DNA of 64,000 nucleotides from Albugo candida (Eukaryota). The stretch lies in NCBI GenBank assembly GCA_040437565.1, contig JBDOQK010000004.1:744001-808000 (forward strand), written 5' to 3'. The position numbers and the translations under genes are program-made. This document shows positions 23,722 to 35,498 of this stretch, piece after piece. The notes under the pieces are model-generated. The model ran no database searches, was not told where the DNA came from, and saw only the letters and a list, made by a program, of their open reading frames with translations. Within the stretch, counting starts at the first letter, position 1, and each line of letters starts with the position of its first letter.

Positions 23722-23913
23722 TCACTGCTGCCATTGCCTGCTCAGCCAATTCCAATTGTCTCTTGATATCGAAAGTACTAATTTCAACATCCGATCGCGC
23801 CAAGATGGCTGTTCGAAGAACCTGCTGAGTTTACGAGCCGCAAATGCCACGCTGTGCCTGGTCCTTATTGCAATGTACAAAGAAATCCAATATTCCATGT
23901 CGTCAGTCATCAT
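23722..23913 (-). mobile_element. Ty1/copia reverse-transcriptase remnant
   Basis: SLYIAIRTRHSVAFAARKLSRFFEQPS resembles the copia RT C-terminal pattern GSLLYLA..TRPDIAFAV..LSQF..NP. Confidence 0.65.
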
Positions 23914-24927
23914 CGAGATGCATCAATGGAGATACAAAGTTTTCACGTCCATTCGATAATGAAAGCACTGTTTTGTCATCCTTACGAACATATACACTAG
24001 CAGTGTCATTCATCGTACATTTGAAGATGGAAAACAAAAAAAACAGATTGAGAATACTTCAAAAATGTGACTTTAGGCTGTTTTATATCTGGAAAGTTTT
24101 AGGAAGGATCATCATCAAATTTGCCGCTTCGATGATGAGTTAGCCAGCCATCACCGGGACCAAGAATATCGATGATTCCACCACCACGTCGTGCTGTGAG
24201 AGCAGACTCCAATCTCATCCATGCACAATAAATCAGCAAGAATAACACATGTAATAATACACTGCTCTCAAGGTAAACGACGAGTAGATGAAAATCATTT
24301 ATGACGTTTCACACTTGTGCATCGAATACTCATTTTGATGCCTGTATGTTACAAAGACCCCACAGGCTGGTTTAAAATGTCGTCACTCATTCTGTCAACG
24401 AAAGATATCATCATGGAGTCGCTTAGTTAGTGGTGTATTCGCGCTCCATTTGATCAGTAATCATCTTTTCGAGTACCAAACGGATCAACTAGCGACGTAG
24501 TTGAAAGTCATTAATAAATCTGTTCGGAGGTGAACACTAATTGTATTATAATAGCACCTTGACAGCACATATCTCGGCCCAACGAGTAGAGAATGTAAAA
24601 AGTACGTGTCATCTTGTCGCGACTTGTAAGCCTTATTGCCAGAATCGCATTTGCTGTCTTAGTGCGCGTCCTCCTTCTTGTCACTGAATTATCGCTTATG
24701 CCCTGTGAGAAGAGTCTTTCTAAAAATGCATATTCCGTCAGGTTCTTTGGGTACGTGCAAACAGCGCTAGCCAAGGATGATATCTCTGATGTGTGAGGTA
24801 TACGAGATTGTGTACCTGAAGAATCACACGCAAGTGTCGTGGAAGTCCTCGACTGAACTTCATTCACATTATGATTCATACGACTTTGGTATTGGTCAAA
24901 ATGTATCTGTAATGAACTCCAATTTGG

Positions 24928-27432
24928 ATGTTCGTAAAAGCGCTTGCAATTATCGCGCGTGTGTATCGTTGGATTACTACAGTTCTCATGGGATGGATCA
25001 AGAATCGAATGAAAGTGGCAGCAATAAAAGCTCATGACGCGCTTGCTCAGGGAATAGATATAATGGCTCCGGCATTATACTCTACAAAAACCAAAGAGTT
25101 TCAGAAGCGATGGCTACTAATTTGTCGTTATCTCACTTCCATTGAGACAATAAAGCCCGAGAACCAAGAAAAACTGATCAGTGACTCGCACATCCTAGAT
25201 ATACTGCATAAAATGACCTCAATTCTCGCAGCAGAAGAGCGTGTTTCTGATCGATTGAAGATGAGTTTTACAGCACAGACAGAACAAGAAATAATCGAGC
25301 GACCTTGTATGAAGTATCTGATGGAGAAGGAAATCGTATTATACATTTGTGAACTCGGTGCGAATGATGCGCCGCGAGGAATGCTGATGGTTGCGATACG
25401 ATTCATGTCAGCTTTGTTGGAAAATGTCGACGCTGAAGTCATATTTGACGAAGAACGAATTCTAGAATCATTGTGGCAACTCGTTCAAGTTGCGGGATTG
25501 AGAGAAGCAAAAGATGACCACATTCGGAAAGCATTGATGTACCTTCTAAACAGACTTTGGAAGCAATTACGAGCTCATCCATTGCGCATTAAGCAGTGCT
25601 TCAAGCTGGACGATAGCTGCACTGATCGAAAAATACTCGAGTCATCGAGTAAAAATTGTGCTGCATTTACGCAACTTCTTCCACATATATCCGCTGAAGG
25701 TGAGATTGGATCTGAATGCCGTGAGGCGCTCATAATTGCTTCTAGCATCTCTCAAGAAGATTTGGTTCATTTCATTGTAAAGTGTACTCCGTTTTGTCAA
25801 TACGTTGTAAACATCATAAGTATTGAATTCAAAACACTTATTGAAACTCCATCAGCAACAGAAAGTGATTCTAGGGGGTATGGAGACATCAACAATTCCG
25901 AGAATGCAGACTTGGTGAGGTTTAAGACCTATCTAAAATTTTGTTGTCTTTTGGCGGCAGTGGGCCATTATGAGACAGACGGAGCTTCCATTGCATCAAT
26001 TATCACCGAAGAATTTCAAGAACGATTTCTCAACGGCCCGTTCATGAGCGCATTTATCGATAAGTCGCTGTCTGGAGCATGCACGTCGACAATGTACGCT
26101 CACGTGATCCTGGATGTCCTGGTGTCCTGCAATTCTACTTTGCAATCAAATCCAATCCTTTACACTTTTGCCAAGTTTTTCTTTCAAGAAACATCGAAGG
26201 CCGACCAGGATGACACACAGCTTTCCGCCTTGATCCTGAACCGTATCGATACGTCCCCGTCGTGCTTGACAGTGCTGACGATTGATCTAGTCACATCGTT
26301 CCTGGAGCTTGATGATCCACAAATCGATCAATGGATATTGGGGTATGAACCGCTGGTTTCTGTAGCCGAAAAGCAGAAGGAAATTGAGCACAAACTGTTG
26401 AAGACGGGAACGGTTAACTTTGCATCCAGATTCCCGTATTCGTTTATCGCCTCGAATATCGATCTGTACAAGCAGCAGATCGACAAACAAGAGCTGGAAA
26501 CAGCAGAACAGCCCTCACTTTCACTTCTTTCATACATTGTGGAAGCGGAAATCATGACAACGCGACGTACTCGGCCACCTTCGATTAGTTATTCCGATGT
26601 GGAAGTTTCTTGCTTACAAGATGCTCGACTAAGGTCTGAGTCCACAGAGCATTTTTCTCAGCTGAGTGAGGCGCACCGATCAAAAGGAAGGACCAATATT
26701 GATGCACTGGGTCGTAAAATGGGACTCCCTCTTCCTACACATCCCCAAAACTTCCCATACAGTGAATTTTCATCGCGACAAAATGCAGAAAAAGCAACGG
26801 CTCGAATTTTCAAAGTGTTTTTTTCACGTTTGGAAAAGCTTTTGGAAGCATCCACCGACGAGAACTTGGCGCTATCCGGGCTGATCTCTATCCTAGCACG
26901 CAACGAAAAATGCTTTGATCAGATTTTCGATATGGAAGAAAAGCATACGAAAAGCATCCGAAGCGCTTTGGAAACGGTGCATGCAGTTGCTGTGGAACGA
27001 ATTCGTGCGCTTTCCGACGGTCAACAGCGTCTTGAGCTGGTACAGAAACTGCTCGTAGGTGGCCGAAATGACAGCCTTGATGCGCTCATCAACGATGCGG
27101 AAGATCGATGGATCACTGCTTTTATTATCCTGCAAGAAATTCTGAAGGAGCTGTGCTCTATACTGTATGTTTACGAGCATCGTGGTGCCATTTTGTCGAC
27201 TAGAGTACGCACCAAGGCGGATTCAAATAAAGCACAAAATAATCAGAAGATTACACCTCCGATGGATAAAAATAAGAAGGATCCCGAGGACGATTCAGGA
27301 GCGGATGATGTTCCTTTGAATGAGACGGATTCAGGCGAATCGTTTGAGAATGCGTCGAGAGAATTCGAATCGCTCCTCTTGGAGGCAGAAATCAGCATGA
27401 ATGAAATTCTGGAATATCGCGATAAGAAATAG
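24928..27432 (+). CDS. FHIP/FAM160 (RAI16-like) FTS-Hook-interacting protein
   Basis: 834-aa ORF; PCMKYLMEKEIVLYICELGANDAPRGM near the N-terminus and IFKVFFSRLEKLLEASTDENLALSGLISILA near the C-terminus fit the family. Confidence 0.75.
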   Translation: MFVKALAIIARVYRWITTVLMGWIKNRMKVAAIKAHDALAQGIDIMAPALYSTKTKEFQKRWLLICRYLTSIETIKPENQEKLISDSHILDILHKMTSILAAEERVSDRLKMSFTAQTEQEIIERPCMKYLMEKEIVLYICELGANDAPRGMLMVAIRFMSALLENVDAEVIFDEERILESLWQLVQVAGLREAKDDHIRKALMYLLNRLWKQLRAHPLRIKQCFKLDDSCTDRKILESSSKNCAAFTQLLPHISAEGEIGSECREALIIASSISQEDLVHFIVKCTPFCQYVVNIISIEFKTLIETPSATESDSRGYGDINNSENADLVRFKTYLKFCCLLAAVGHYETDGASIASIITEEFQERFLNGPFMSAFIDKSLSGACTSTMYAHVILDVLVSCNSTLQSNPILYTFAKFFFQETSKADQDDTQLSALILNRIDTSPSCLTVLTIDLVTSFLELDDPQIDQWILGYEPLVSVAEKQKEIEHKLLKTGTVNFASRFPYSFIASNIDLYKQQIDKQELETAEQPSLSLLSYIVEAEIMTTRRTRPPSISYSDVEVSCLQDARLRSESTEHFSQLSEAHRSKGRTNIDALGRKMGLPLPTHPQNFPYSEFSSRQNAEKATARIFKVFFSRLEKLLEASTDENLALSGLISILARNEKCFDQIFDMEEKHTKSIRSALETVHAVAVERIRALSDGQQRLELVQKLLVGGRNDSLDALINDAEDRWITAFIILQEILKELCSILYVYEHRGAILSTRVRTKADSNKAQNNQKITPPMDKNKKDPEDDSGADDVPLNETDSGESFENASREFESLLLEAEISMNEILEYRDKK

Positions 27433-27580
27433 AGTTTTGAAAGGCATCCAGTTCGAGAGTGTATGAGTGTATAGAATATATCCACTTAGGATTTTGAATA
27501 CAGTAAACAAGGCAACTGTCATTAGCTTATCTTTAAGTAGTGCAAATGTGAATATTGAAAGTATCGCTAAGCTTTATGCG

Positions 27581-27952
27581 TCAAGCTTTGAAGCCTTTTG
27601 TAAGTCGGTGTGCTACGAATTTGCTCGTGTCCAAGTATGCCAATGTCACATGTTTGATGCATTCTCTCTCACGAGATGATAATTCTGAGTCTGGTTTACT
27701 AGAACTACACTTGTCCCATGCAATGGCAGTAACTTTCTGAATGGCGTGTTGGATCAATGCACGTTGCTGTTCTTCTAAAAGAATTGCTTGAACGGCAGCG
27801 GCTCCATTGGAAGCAGGTCCCAGGTTTGAACCACTTAATGAGGAGGAGCTTCCATCGTTCATGGGCGAGGTGTAATCATACGTAGGTTCCTCATAGCCAT
27901 AAGAAGTATCTGACTCGGTCTCTTTCTCTTTACCAAAGCCGAAAAGCGGCAT
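27581..27952 (-). CDS. Small Tim chaperone (Tim8/Tim13-like) with incomplete twin CX3C motif
   Basis: EEQQRALIQHAIQKVTAIAWDKC..PDSELSSRERECIKHVTLAYLDTSKFV follows the Tim8/DDP pattern. Confidence 0.85.
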   Translation of the reverse strand: MPLFGFGKEKETESDTSYGYEEPTYDYTSPMNDGSSSSLSGSNLGPASNGAAAVQAILLEEQQRALIQHAIQKVTAIAWDKCSSSKPDSELSSRERECIKHVTLAYLDTSKFVAHRLTKGFKA

Positions 27953-28330
27953 TTTGGTCCTTCGAACAGTTGGTCCTGGTTGATTTGGTACTTTGCTAGC
28001 GTACTAGGTTTGCGCCGAACCTTGTGAAGGTTCGGTTATAAATATAAGTAAGGCGTCGTAAGCTTCTGGTCGAGTCCCTGCCTTTATTTCCTTTTGACCG
28101 AATGCTATCTAGTATGAAGTAGTCAGAGGATGAGCAACCTCTTTCTTTTCTACGCAACCATCCAATGGCTCAAAATTGTTCTATGGCCGTCAAACCCTTC
28201 GTCAAGTAATGTACCTTCTGAAATAGTACTCTCACAAAACTAATAGATTTTGCTGCTGACCACAGCTTTCTAATAATCTGTTTACTCAGATTCCCCCATT
28301 TCTCCTTTTGTATCGAACAAGTCATTTGCA

Positions 28331-28921
28331 ATGCCGAGTGAGAATCCACACGTTTTTTTTGATATCGCAATCAACGACAAACCTGCCGGTCGAATCGAAT
28401 TCGAGCTGTTCGCTGATACCGTGCCACGTACTGCCGAAAACTTTCGCTGTTTGTGCACCGGTGAAAGAAGCGAAAATGTTGGCGGCGTCCAGAAATCGCT
28501 GCACTATAAAGGCAACGTGTTTCATCGAATTATCCCGAAATTTATGTGCCAAGCTGGCGATATCACCAAAGGTAATGGCACCGGCGGATTTTCCATTCAT
28601 GGAGAAAAGTTTGCAGATGAAAACTTCACGAGGAAGGTAATTATCCTGTATGCTCGTGCATCATATATCATATTATATCATTTTTTGTCTTTCTAGCACA
28701 CTGGCCCAGGAATCTTGTCCATGGCAAACGCGGGACCCAACACGAACGGTTCCCAGTTCTTTATTTGCACGGAAAAAACTGCTTGGCTGGATGGAAAACA
28801 CGTTGTCTTCGGCCAGATTGTCGACGGAATGGATGTTGTAAGAGAAATGGAAAAATACGGTACAGACTCTGGTAAACCAAAGGGCAAGGTTGTCATTGCG
28901 GATTGCGGCCAGCTTTCGTAA
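28331..28921 (+). CDS. Cyclophilin-type peptidyl-prolyl isomerase, 2 exons
   Basis: [45 protein letters not shown] and [10 protein letters not shown]; intron 28637-28696. Confidence 0.97.
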
Positions 28922-29036
28922 TTCATGATTTCATAGAACTGTTTTTTATGTAAAGAACATTAAAATGAACATGACCAATTTCCATATTTTATGTTCACAA
29001 CATTTATACTAGTTTCCTGCAGTGCATCGCAAAAAA

Positions 29037-32004
29037 ATGGATTCACCGCGCCCTGGAACACCGCGCTCATATGGTGAAAGCTCGCATGATATGGATGGTG
29101 TATATCGGTCAATTTTTCAGCAACCCGTGCTCAGTATACCGCCCACTGCACCATCGTATTCTTGGATTGAATTCCTTTTGATTCCAGAAGCATTAGAGCA
29201 GCATGTACATATACGTAATTTATGATAGCTGGCATCTATTACACATAATATACTAAAATAACGGTTTACATTGTGAAATATAGCTTGTCACTTTGAGGAA
29301 GGAAAAGCAGCAAAATGAGCATAGCGAAATCTCAGCGATAGAACTCATTCGGGAGTTTTTGGATCAAGCGCAACTTGTATCCGATGAAGGTAATAGCGGA
29401 AACCAACGATTCATCTCTCTGTTGGCAACTGCTGCGAAAGTTGTTGTGGAAATGAACATCTCTTTACCAGAGATTGAAAACTTGTTTCCAATTCACTATC
29501 AACGACTTTTGATGGATGGATTAGCCGCAATGAAGACAAATGAGCTCATGTTTAGTCGCTGGATTATTCGGGCGATCACAAAACAGCATTTAGCGTCACC
29601 ATTTTGCGCGGAAAGTAAGATTGCAGCTGAAGAATTCGCAGCAGGTGCCCAAGTCGCGCTCGGCGATTTTTTTGCAGATCAACGCGCCATTGCGCAAAAT
29701 TTGAAGAGCTTGTTATCCGACGTGAAGACCTTAGAGGCAAATCCCGCGTGGATGGATCTTGGGGTCTACTATTTCAATATTGAACAGTACGCTATCGCTT
29801 TTGAGTGTTTCGGCTCCGCTGATCCCAAATCAGATGATTTTGCGCCTTTGGAAAAAGAGCGGCTAGAAGGTTATCTTTTGGCATGCAAAAGCGTACTGTC
29901 AAAGCAGAAGCAGTCCAGCAAACAATGGATAAAGGAAGCATGGAAAGCTCAGCGCTGGGATGAAATCATACAAAAGTTGAATAAAGAAATATTGACTGCT
30001 GATACTGAAGATGACGAGATTGGCATTTGCGTAGATGATCGAACACTATTGGAGGAAGCAGCGTTCCGTCAAGCACGGAGATGTGCCGAAATGTCGACCT
30101 CGTCCACAGCTGAGAGGAGGATTTCGCGCATGTTTTATTCAGAACTAGTAGTGTCAAATACTGGTTTTAGATTGTGGACTGCAACCACTTCAGAGCTTGT
30201 CTTCGTTCAGGATGAGCTTCATCATCGCTTCATCAATTTGCTTTACAGTGAGATGCAATCAGAAGCAATGGACGCGCTCGATGAAAGTCCAAATAGCTCC
30301 ATTGAAGAATCCGTGACGTTTGCTTCGCTGGCTACGAAAATAGTGGACCTCTTTTGCTTCCTACTGGAAAAAAGCAAAGGAACAGAACAACAAAAGGTCG
30401 CAGACGACAAAGTCGATCGCCTTTATCGCACCTTTGAAAATTTGCTGGTGGGTTTTCCTGCTCTACACTCACTTCCAGGAACTCGACGGTTTCTTTCCCA
30501 ATGTCCCAGTCTCCATCTGAATTGGTCGGATCAGGATCATACCATTGCCCAATTATTCTCTCAAGAATTACGACTTCAGAAGATCGATCGGAAGCAGCAA
30601 ATCGCGGACTCGGTAACGAAATATTCCCTTGGGACAAAGCAGGCAAAAATGGAGTTTTATTCTACACTCCTGCAGCGTGTAAGTAACGCGAAGGAGGACG
30701 ATACATTGGAGTTACTGACAGCTATAGCTTGCTGCATGGTGGACAATCGTTGGAACATTCTTTATGAGTGGGAAGGCCGTATGCGTGACTCAACTGATGA
30801 AACTACAACGATTGTGCGCATGAAGCTGCAACTAGCTGTTTGCTTTGGGGACATTGCGAAATTATTGGCTTCGGACTCACACTTACTTGAAAAATCATCT
30901 CACTCATTTGAAAGCACAGAACAAGCGCTCGACTTGACCAAAAGCCAAACGCTTTTCTCAGCCTTAGTGTCTGCACAAAAATCCCTCAACGTGGATTCAA
31001 CTAAACCATTTAGCTTCTCATGGGATGACATTCTGGATGAGATCCCACAATCACTGCTCCAACAAGTTGTGGATATTGCTGCTGGGTTGTACTCTCATTG
31101 TCTCGTTCAATATAAATCTCGCAATATGTTCGATCTCACACCATTCGGAGATCTCGCACTTGTAGCATTTGCAAACGCTACCACTGATCAGGAGACATCA
31201 AAGGAATTCAGACAAGATATCGCCAAATTACTCCAGTCTGGAGTCTCAAAACTGGTGCAACGATGTCCGAACAATTCTCAATGGCACTTGGCTCGAGCAA
31301 GTTTGCTACTGAATCCCATCACTCCCCACCTCGTATCAGGTTCATGCTGCTTTGTTCACTTCATCAGATGATGCTGATACCTTTCTACTTCTAGACCCTC
31401 GAGCTGCTCTCTCTGAGTATATACTGGCTGCTTCCCTCGCGACAAATCATTTTTCCGAGTCTCGTGCAGTAACGGATGTCATCAATCAAGTTCACCTAGT
31501 CAAATTGGTAAGCGGTCCAGCTTGTTCAAGACTCCAAAATTGATGACTTTTCTATCATAGAGCCAATGTCTTGTACAGCTCGACAATGTCGTTGCAGCCG
31601 CTGTTGTCTATCAGTATTTTGCTCCAGAGGAGGTCAAATACGGTCTTCAGCTGGTATCACAAGCGTCAGACACATGCGACCAAGGCTATTTTCAATATTT
31701 TTGGGAGGTATGCAATGTACTGGATACGCCTCACCCAATTAACTGCGTTATGTAGCTTTCATTCCTTGAGGTACTGATGCAAGTATTTGCAAATCCAGCC
31801 CGATACAACCAGAGGTATTCCATTTTTAGCCTTTTCCAAGTCCAATTTGCTATCGCTCTCGCTCATAGTGCTATAAAGCTTTTGACGAATCTTGTCCAAA
31901 CTCCTGAGCTCAACGCATGCAACTCGGAAACCGTCTTGGAAACTCTGAAACATCGAATGCTTCGATGTTATTTCCGACATTTATGTCGCCGTTATTTGGT
32001 ATAA
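29037..32004 (+). CDS. INTS8: Integrator complex subunit 8-like protein, multi-exon
   Basis: RPGTP..SWIEFLLIPEALEQH..AIELIREFLDQA at the N-terminus and AAVVYQYF..GYFQYFWE..FLEVL at the C-terminus parallel metazoan INTS8 (WFEFLL; YYDYIWD..ILEYL) as I recall it. Confidence 0.7.
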
Positions 32005-32076
32005 TCTTAGCATTTATTTGCAAAAATAGAAGTTGAAGGAGTTCAGAGCATTTCTTTCATAATCGATTTCTCCGAC

Positions 32077-33609
32077 ATGATGCACAGGAATCCTATTCTG
32101 GGCGGAACCACGTACGATCCTCGACTCAAGTCGCATAGTAAGCCTCAGAGATTCAAAATTATACAACCGACAATGCGAATCGACTCGAAAGCGCTCATTG
32201 TGCCTTCAATATCTTCTGAAAAACGATATTTTGAAACGAGCGCCGCTGAAATCGGTAAATTAGATCGTAATTCCTTGCTTGAGAGCAAGTTCGCTCCGCA
32301 AAATGTCGACAAAGTGCTTCGATTTTACGCTTTTTTTTTGGAGACTGTTGATGAGAGTAACTTGGAGGAATTGCGTTTGCGGAAAAGTGTCGTTTTGGTC
32401 TATGTAAGCGACAACACCTTTGAAATTCAAGAGCCTCGAATGTTGAATAGCGGAATTCCTCAAGGCGCTTTTCTCAAACGCTGTCAATTACCAAAAGTGA
32501 GTGGCTTTTACGTGGCCAGCGATCTCTCCCTGGGAATGGAACTTGCAGTTTTTGGCCGCATTTTTAAGATTTGTGACTGTGATGCATTCACACGCGAGTA
32601 TTTCGCGAGAATGGGTTGGAATATTGGATGCAGTATCATCATACCGGAGGACAAGTATACTGTCACAAGAAAAGAGATCACGAAAATGTGTGGAGGCGAT
32701 GTCGATCACTTTTACGGCAAGAAACGATATCCTTTGAAAACATTCATGGAAGCCTCACTTGGTAATTCAGTTCGGTCGCATCTCCAAAGCGAAAAGAAAC
32801 GAAAGTTTCTTGCTAATGCTTGCAAAATATTGTGTTTCCATTGTGAACACGACGCTCAAGAACAGTTGTATGGAGCTCTTAAGCGATACAAACTTTGTTT
32901 TTTCCTCGAAGACGATACCATGGAAATCAAGGAAGTGTTAAGCCCTAATTCCGGCCGACTTCCATTTCCACTCTTGCTCAAGCGTACGCGTCAATTAAAA
33001 GCGTGGACCGAATTTTTGAGCGATGAACAAGATCGTGGTGTTGAAGAGCCTAAGCCACGGGAAGCTTATTTCAACGAAGAAGACTTGTACGTTGGTGCGG
33101 TTTTGAACGTTTTCGGAAGAGAATTGAAGCTGGTTGATACAGATGCCTTCACCCGTGACTACTATCGCGTTGTTTGGGGTATGGAGCTGGCAGAACCGAT
33201 GTCCACTGCCCCAGAAGAAATAGCTTCACCCACCAGAAAGCCCCTAGCTGAAAAATCCACCTTAGACCCCGCTCAAGCACCCAAGAAAGATCTTTTGAAG
33301 TTGGTTGAGTTTGATCGCAAAGTTCTCCGATTTGTGGCCAAGTTGATTTCCAATCGCAAAGAGCAAGCTCAGCGGCGCGTGGTGATTGCGTATTATCTCG
33401 CAGATGATACGATCGCCATCTTTGAGCCCGAACAGCGCAATTCGGGTATATCTCCAGGCAAGTTTCTCGAAAGAGGACAGTACAAATCACCACAAGGAAA
33501 GCCGTACGTATTTTCTCAGCTTGCCATCGGTGAGGAACTAACATTCAATGCCCACCGATTCGAACTTTTGGACGCGGATGAGTACACAAAGAAATTTCTT
33601 GCAGCTTGA
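32077..33609 (+). CDS. EFHC1/EFHC2/Rib72-like axonemal protein with three DM10 domains
   Basis: Three repeats of K(V/I)LxF...(Y/F)xxD(N/D)TxxIxE...NSG...(F/L)LxR...DxDx(F/Y)T. Confidence 0.92.
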   Translation: MMHRNPILGGTTYDPRLKSHSKPQRFKIIQPTMRIDSKALIVPSISSEKRYFETSAAEIGKLDRNSLLESKFAPQNVDKVLRFYAFFLETVDESNLEELRLRKSVVLVYVSDNTFEIQEPRMLNSGIPQGAFLKRCQLPKVSGFYVASDLSLGMELAVFGRIFKICDCDAFTREYFARMGWNIGCSIIIPEDKYTVTRKEITKMCGGDVDHFYGKKRYPLKTFMEASLGNSVRSHLQSEKKRKFLANACKILCFHCEHDAQEQLYGALKRYKLCFFLEDDTMEIKEVLSPNSGRLPFPLLLKRTRQLKAWTEFLSDEQDRGVEEPKPREAYFNEEDLYVGAVLNVFGRELKLVDTDAFTRDYYRVVWGMELAEPMSTAPEEIASPTRKPLAEKSTLDPAQAPKKDLLKLVEFDRKVLRFVAKLISNRKEQAQRRVVIAYYLADDTIAIFEPEQRNSGISPGKFLERGQYKSPQGKPYVFSQLAIGEELTFNAHRFELLDADEYTKKFLAA

Positions 33610-34053
33610 GACCTTTTGCCAAAGATAGTATCAGTAAAAATGCGAATTCATAGCGCAAATATATGAAACTGCATTGATGAGGGATCGCTTAGAGCATAAC
33701 GCAAGTTCGGAATCCTCACCATCCTCAAGAAGCAGTTGACGATGAAATTTAGATGCACGCAAAGGAAAGGTCCAAGATATAAAATGATCAACACTTTGTT
33801 TCCTTTGTGTCACCGTCTTCTATTCGATAAAGCGCTGTTGATTAGTCCTGTATTCGGGTCGGCTTCTCGTCCATTAGTTTGGGTTCTGCGATCAGGTAAG
33901 GATGTCTAATATGCTTTGTCTGCCTCTATTCTTTGAGTAGAGAAGACACCAAAGTTGATGTATGATTGATCAAACTAACCTCATGGTGTTACGTCGCTTT
34001 TGCTGGTTGCGTAGTCATCTCCTCACCTATATTTTCGAGCCAATTAAGACACA

Positions 34054-34599
34054 ATGCCTCATTCATTCGGTACAAGAGCAGGCACGCGTGACACGTTCTC
34101 GCGTCCGTTCCGTCAACGCGGTATGATCTCTATGTCGACGTATCTTCGCACGTTCAGAGTCGGCGATTATGTCGACGTCAAAGCCAATTCAGCGATCCAC
34201 AAGGGGATGCCGCACAAATACTATCATGGACGCACAGGCCGCGTCTTCAATGTCACCAAACGAGCCGTAGGTGTGCGTGTAAACAAGGTTGTAGGAAACC
34301 GTGTCATTCCAAAGCAAATCAACGTTCGTGTGGAGCACGTGCATTTGTCTAAATGTCGTCAAGGCTTTCTTACCCGAGTCAAAGCAAATGAGCGTCAAAA
34401 GATTGCTGCACGTCAAAGTGGAGGTAAACAACATTCTCACAATTCAAGACGCACAAATTAAACTGATTTAACCTGTTTTATTGTAGTTCGCAGCCAAATC
34501 AAGCGCGTACCAAAGCAGCCGAAAGAAGCGTACACGCTCAAATGCAAGAATATCACACCAATGACAATGGCCCCTCAGCCATTCGTAGATTTGATGTAG
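34054..34599 (+). CDS. RPL21: 60S ribosomal protein L21 (eL21), 2 exons
   Basis: [46 protein letters not shown]; intron 34424-34486. Confidence 0.97.
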
Positions 34600-34831
34600 G
34601 AGCATTGGGTTTGCTGATAGCTTGAAAGAGGCAGAGAAGGTAGAGATGTTGAACAAGCAGCCGTCGGCTTCGAGTCATTCTTCTCTCGTGACGTCTTCTT
34701 TGGTTTCACCATAGCGCACGACCAAAATCAANNNNNNNNNNNNNNNNNNNNNNNNNNNNNNNNNNNNNNNNNNNNNNNNNNNNNNNNNNNNNNNNNNNNN
34801 NNNNNNNNNNNNNNNNNNNNNNNNNNNNNNN

Positions 34832-35487
34832 GAGCAGGCACGCGTGACACGTTCTCGCGTCCGTTCCGTCAACGCGGTATGATCTCTATGTCGACGTATC
34901 TTCGCACGTTCAGAGTCGGCGATTATGTCGACGTCAAAGCCAATTCAGCGATCCACAAGGGGATGCCGCACAAATACTATCATGGACGCACAGGCCGCGT
35001 CTTCAATGTCACCAAACGAGCCGTAGGTGTGCGTGTAAACAAGGTTGTAGGAAACCGTGTCATTCCAAAGCAAATCAACGTTCGTGTGGAGCACGTGCAT
35101 TTGTCTAAATGTCGTCAAGGCTTTCTTACCCGAGTCAAAGCAAATGAGCGTCAAAAGATTGCTGCACGTCAAAGTGGAGGTAAACAACATTCTCACAATT
35201 CAAGACGCACAAATTAAACTGATTTAACCTGTTTTATTGTAGTTCGCAGCCAAATCAAGCGCGTACCAAAGCAGCCGAAAGAAGCGTACACGCTCAAATG
35301 CAAGAATATCACACCAATGACAATGGCCCCTCAGCCATTCGTAGATTTGATGTAGGAGCATTGGGTTTGCTGATAGCTTGAAAGAGGCAGAGAAGGTAGA
35401 GATGTTGAACAAGCAGCCGTCGGCTTCGAGTCATTCTTCTCTCGTGACGTCTTCTTTGGTTTCACCATAGCGCACGACCAAAATCAA
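34832..35487 (+). repeat. Apparently exact duplicate of 34076-34731 across a gap (artefactual second RPL21)
   Basis: Identical including intron and 3' flank at offset 756; both copies abut the gap. Confidence 0.9.
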
Positions 35488-35498
35488 TTCGAGAATAA

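Noticed and set aside
34076-35487. Tandem second RPL21 gene
   Set aside because: Identical even in intron and flank, lacks the start codon and abuts the gap; artefact.
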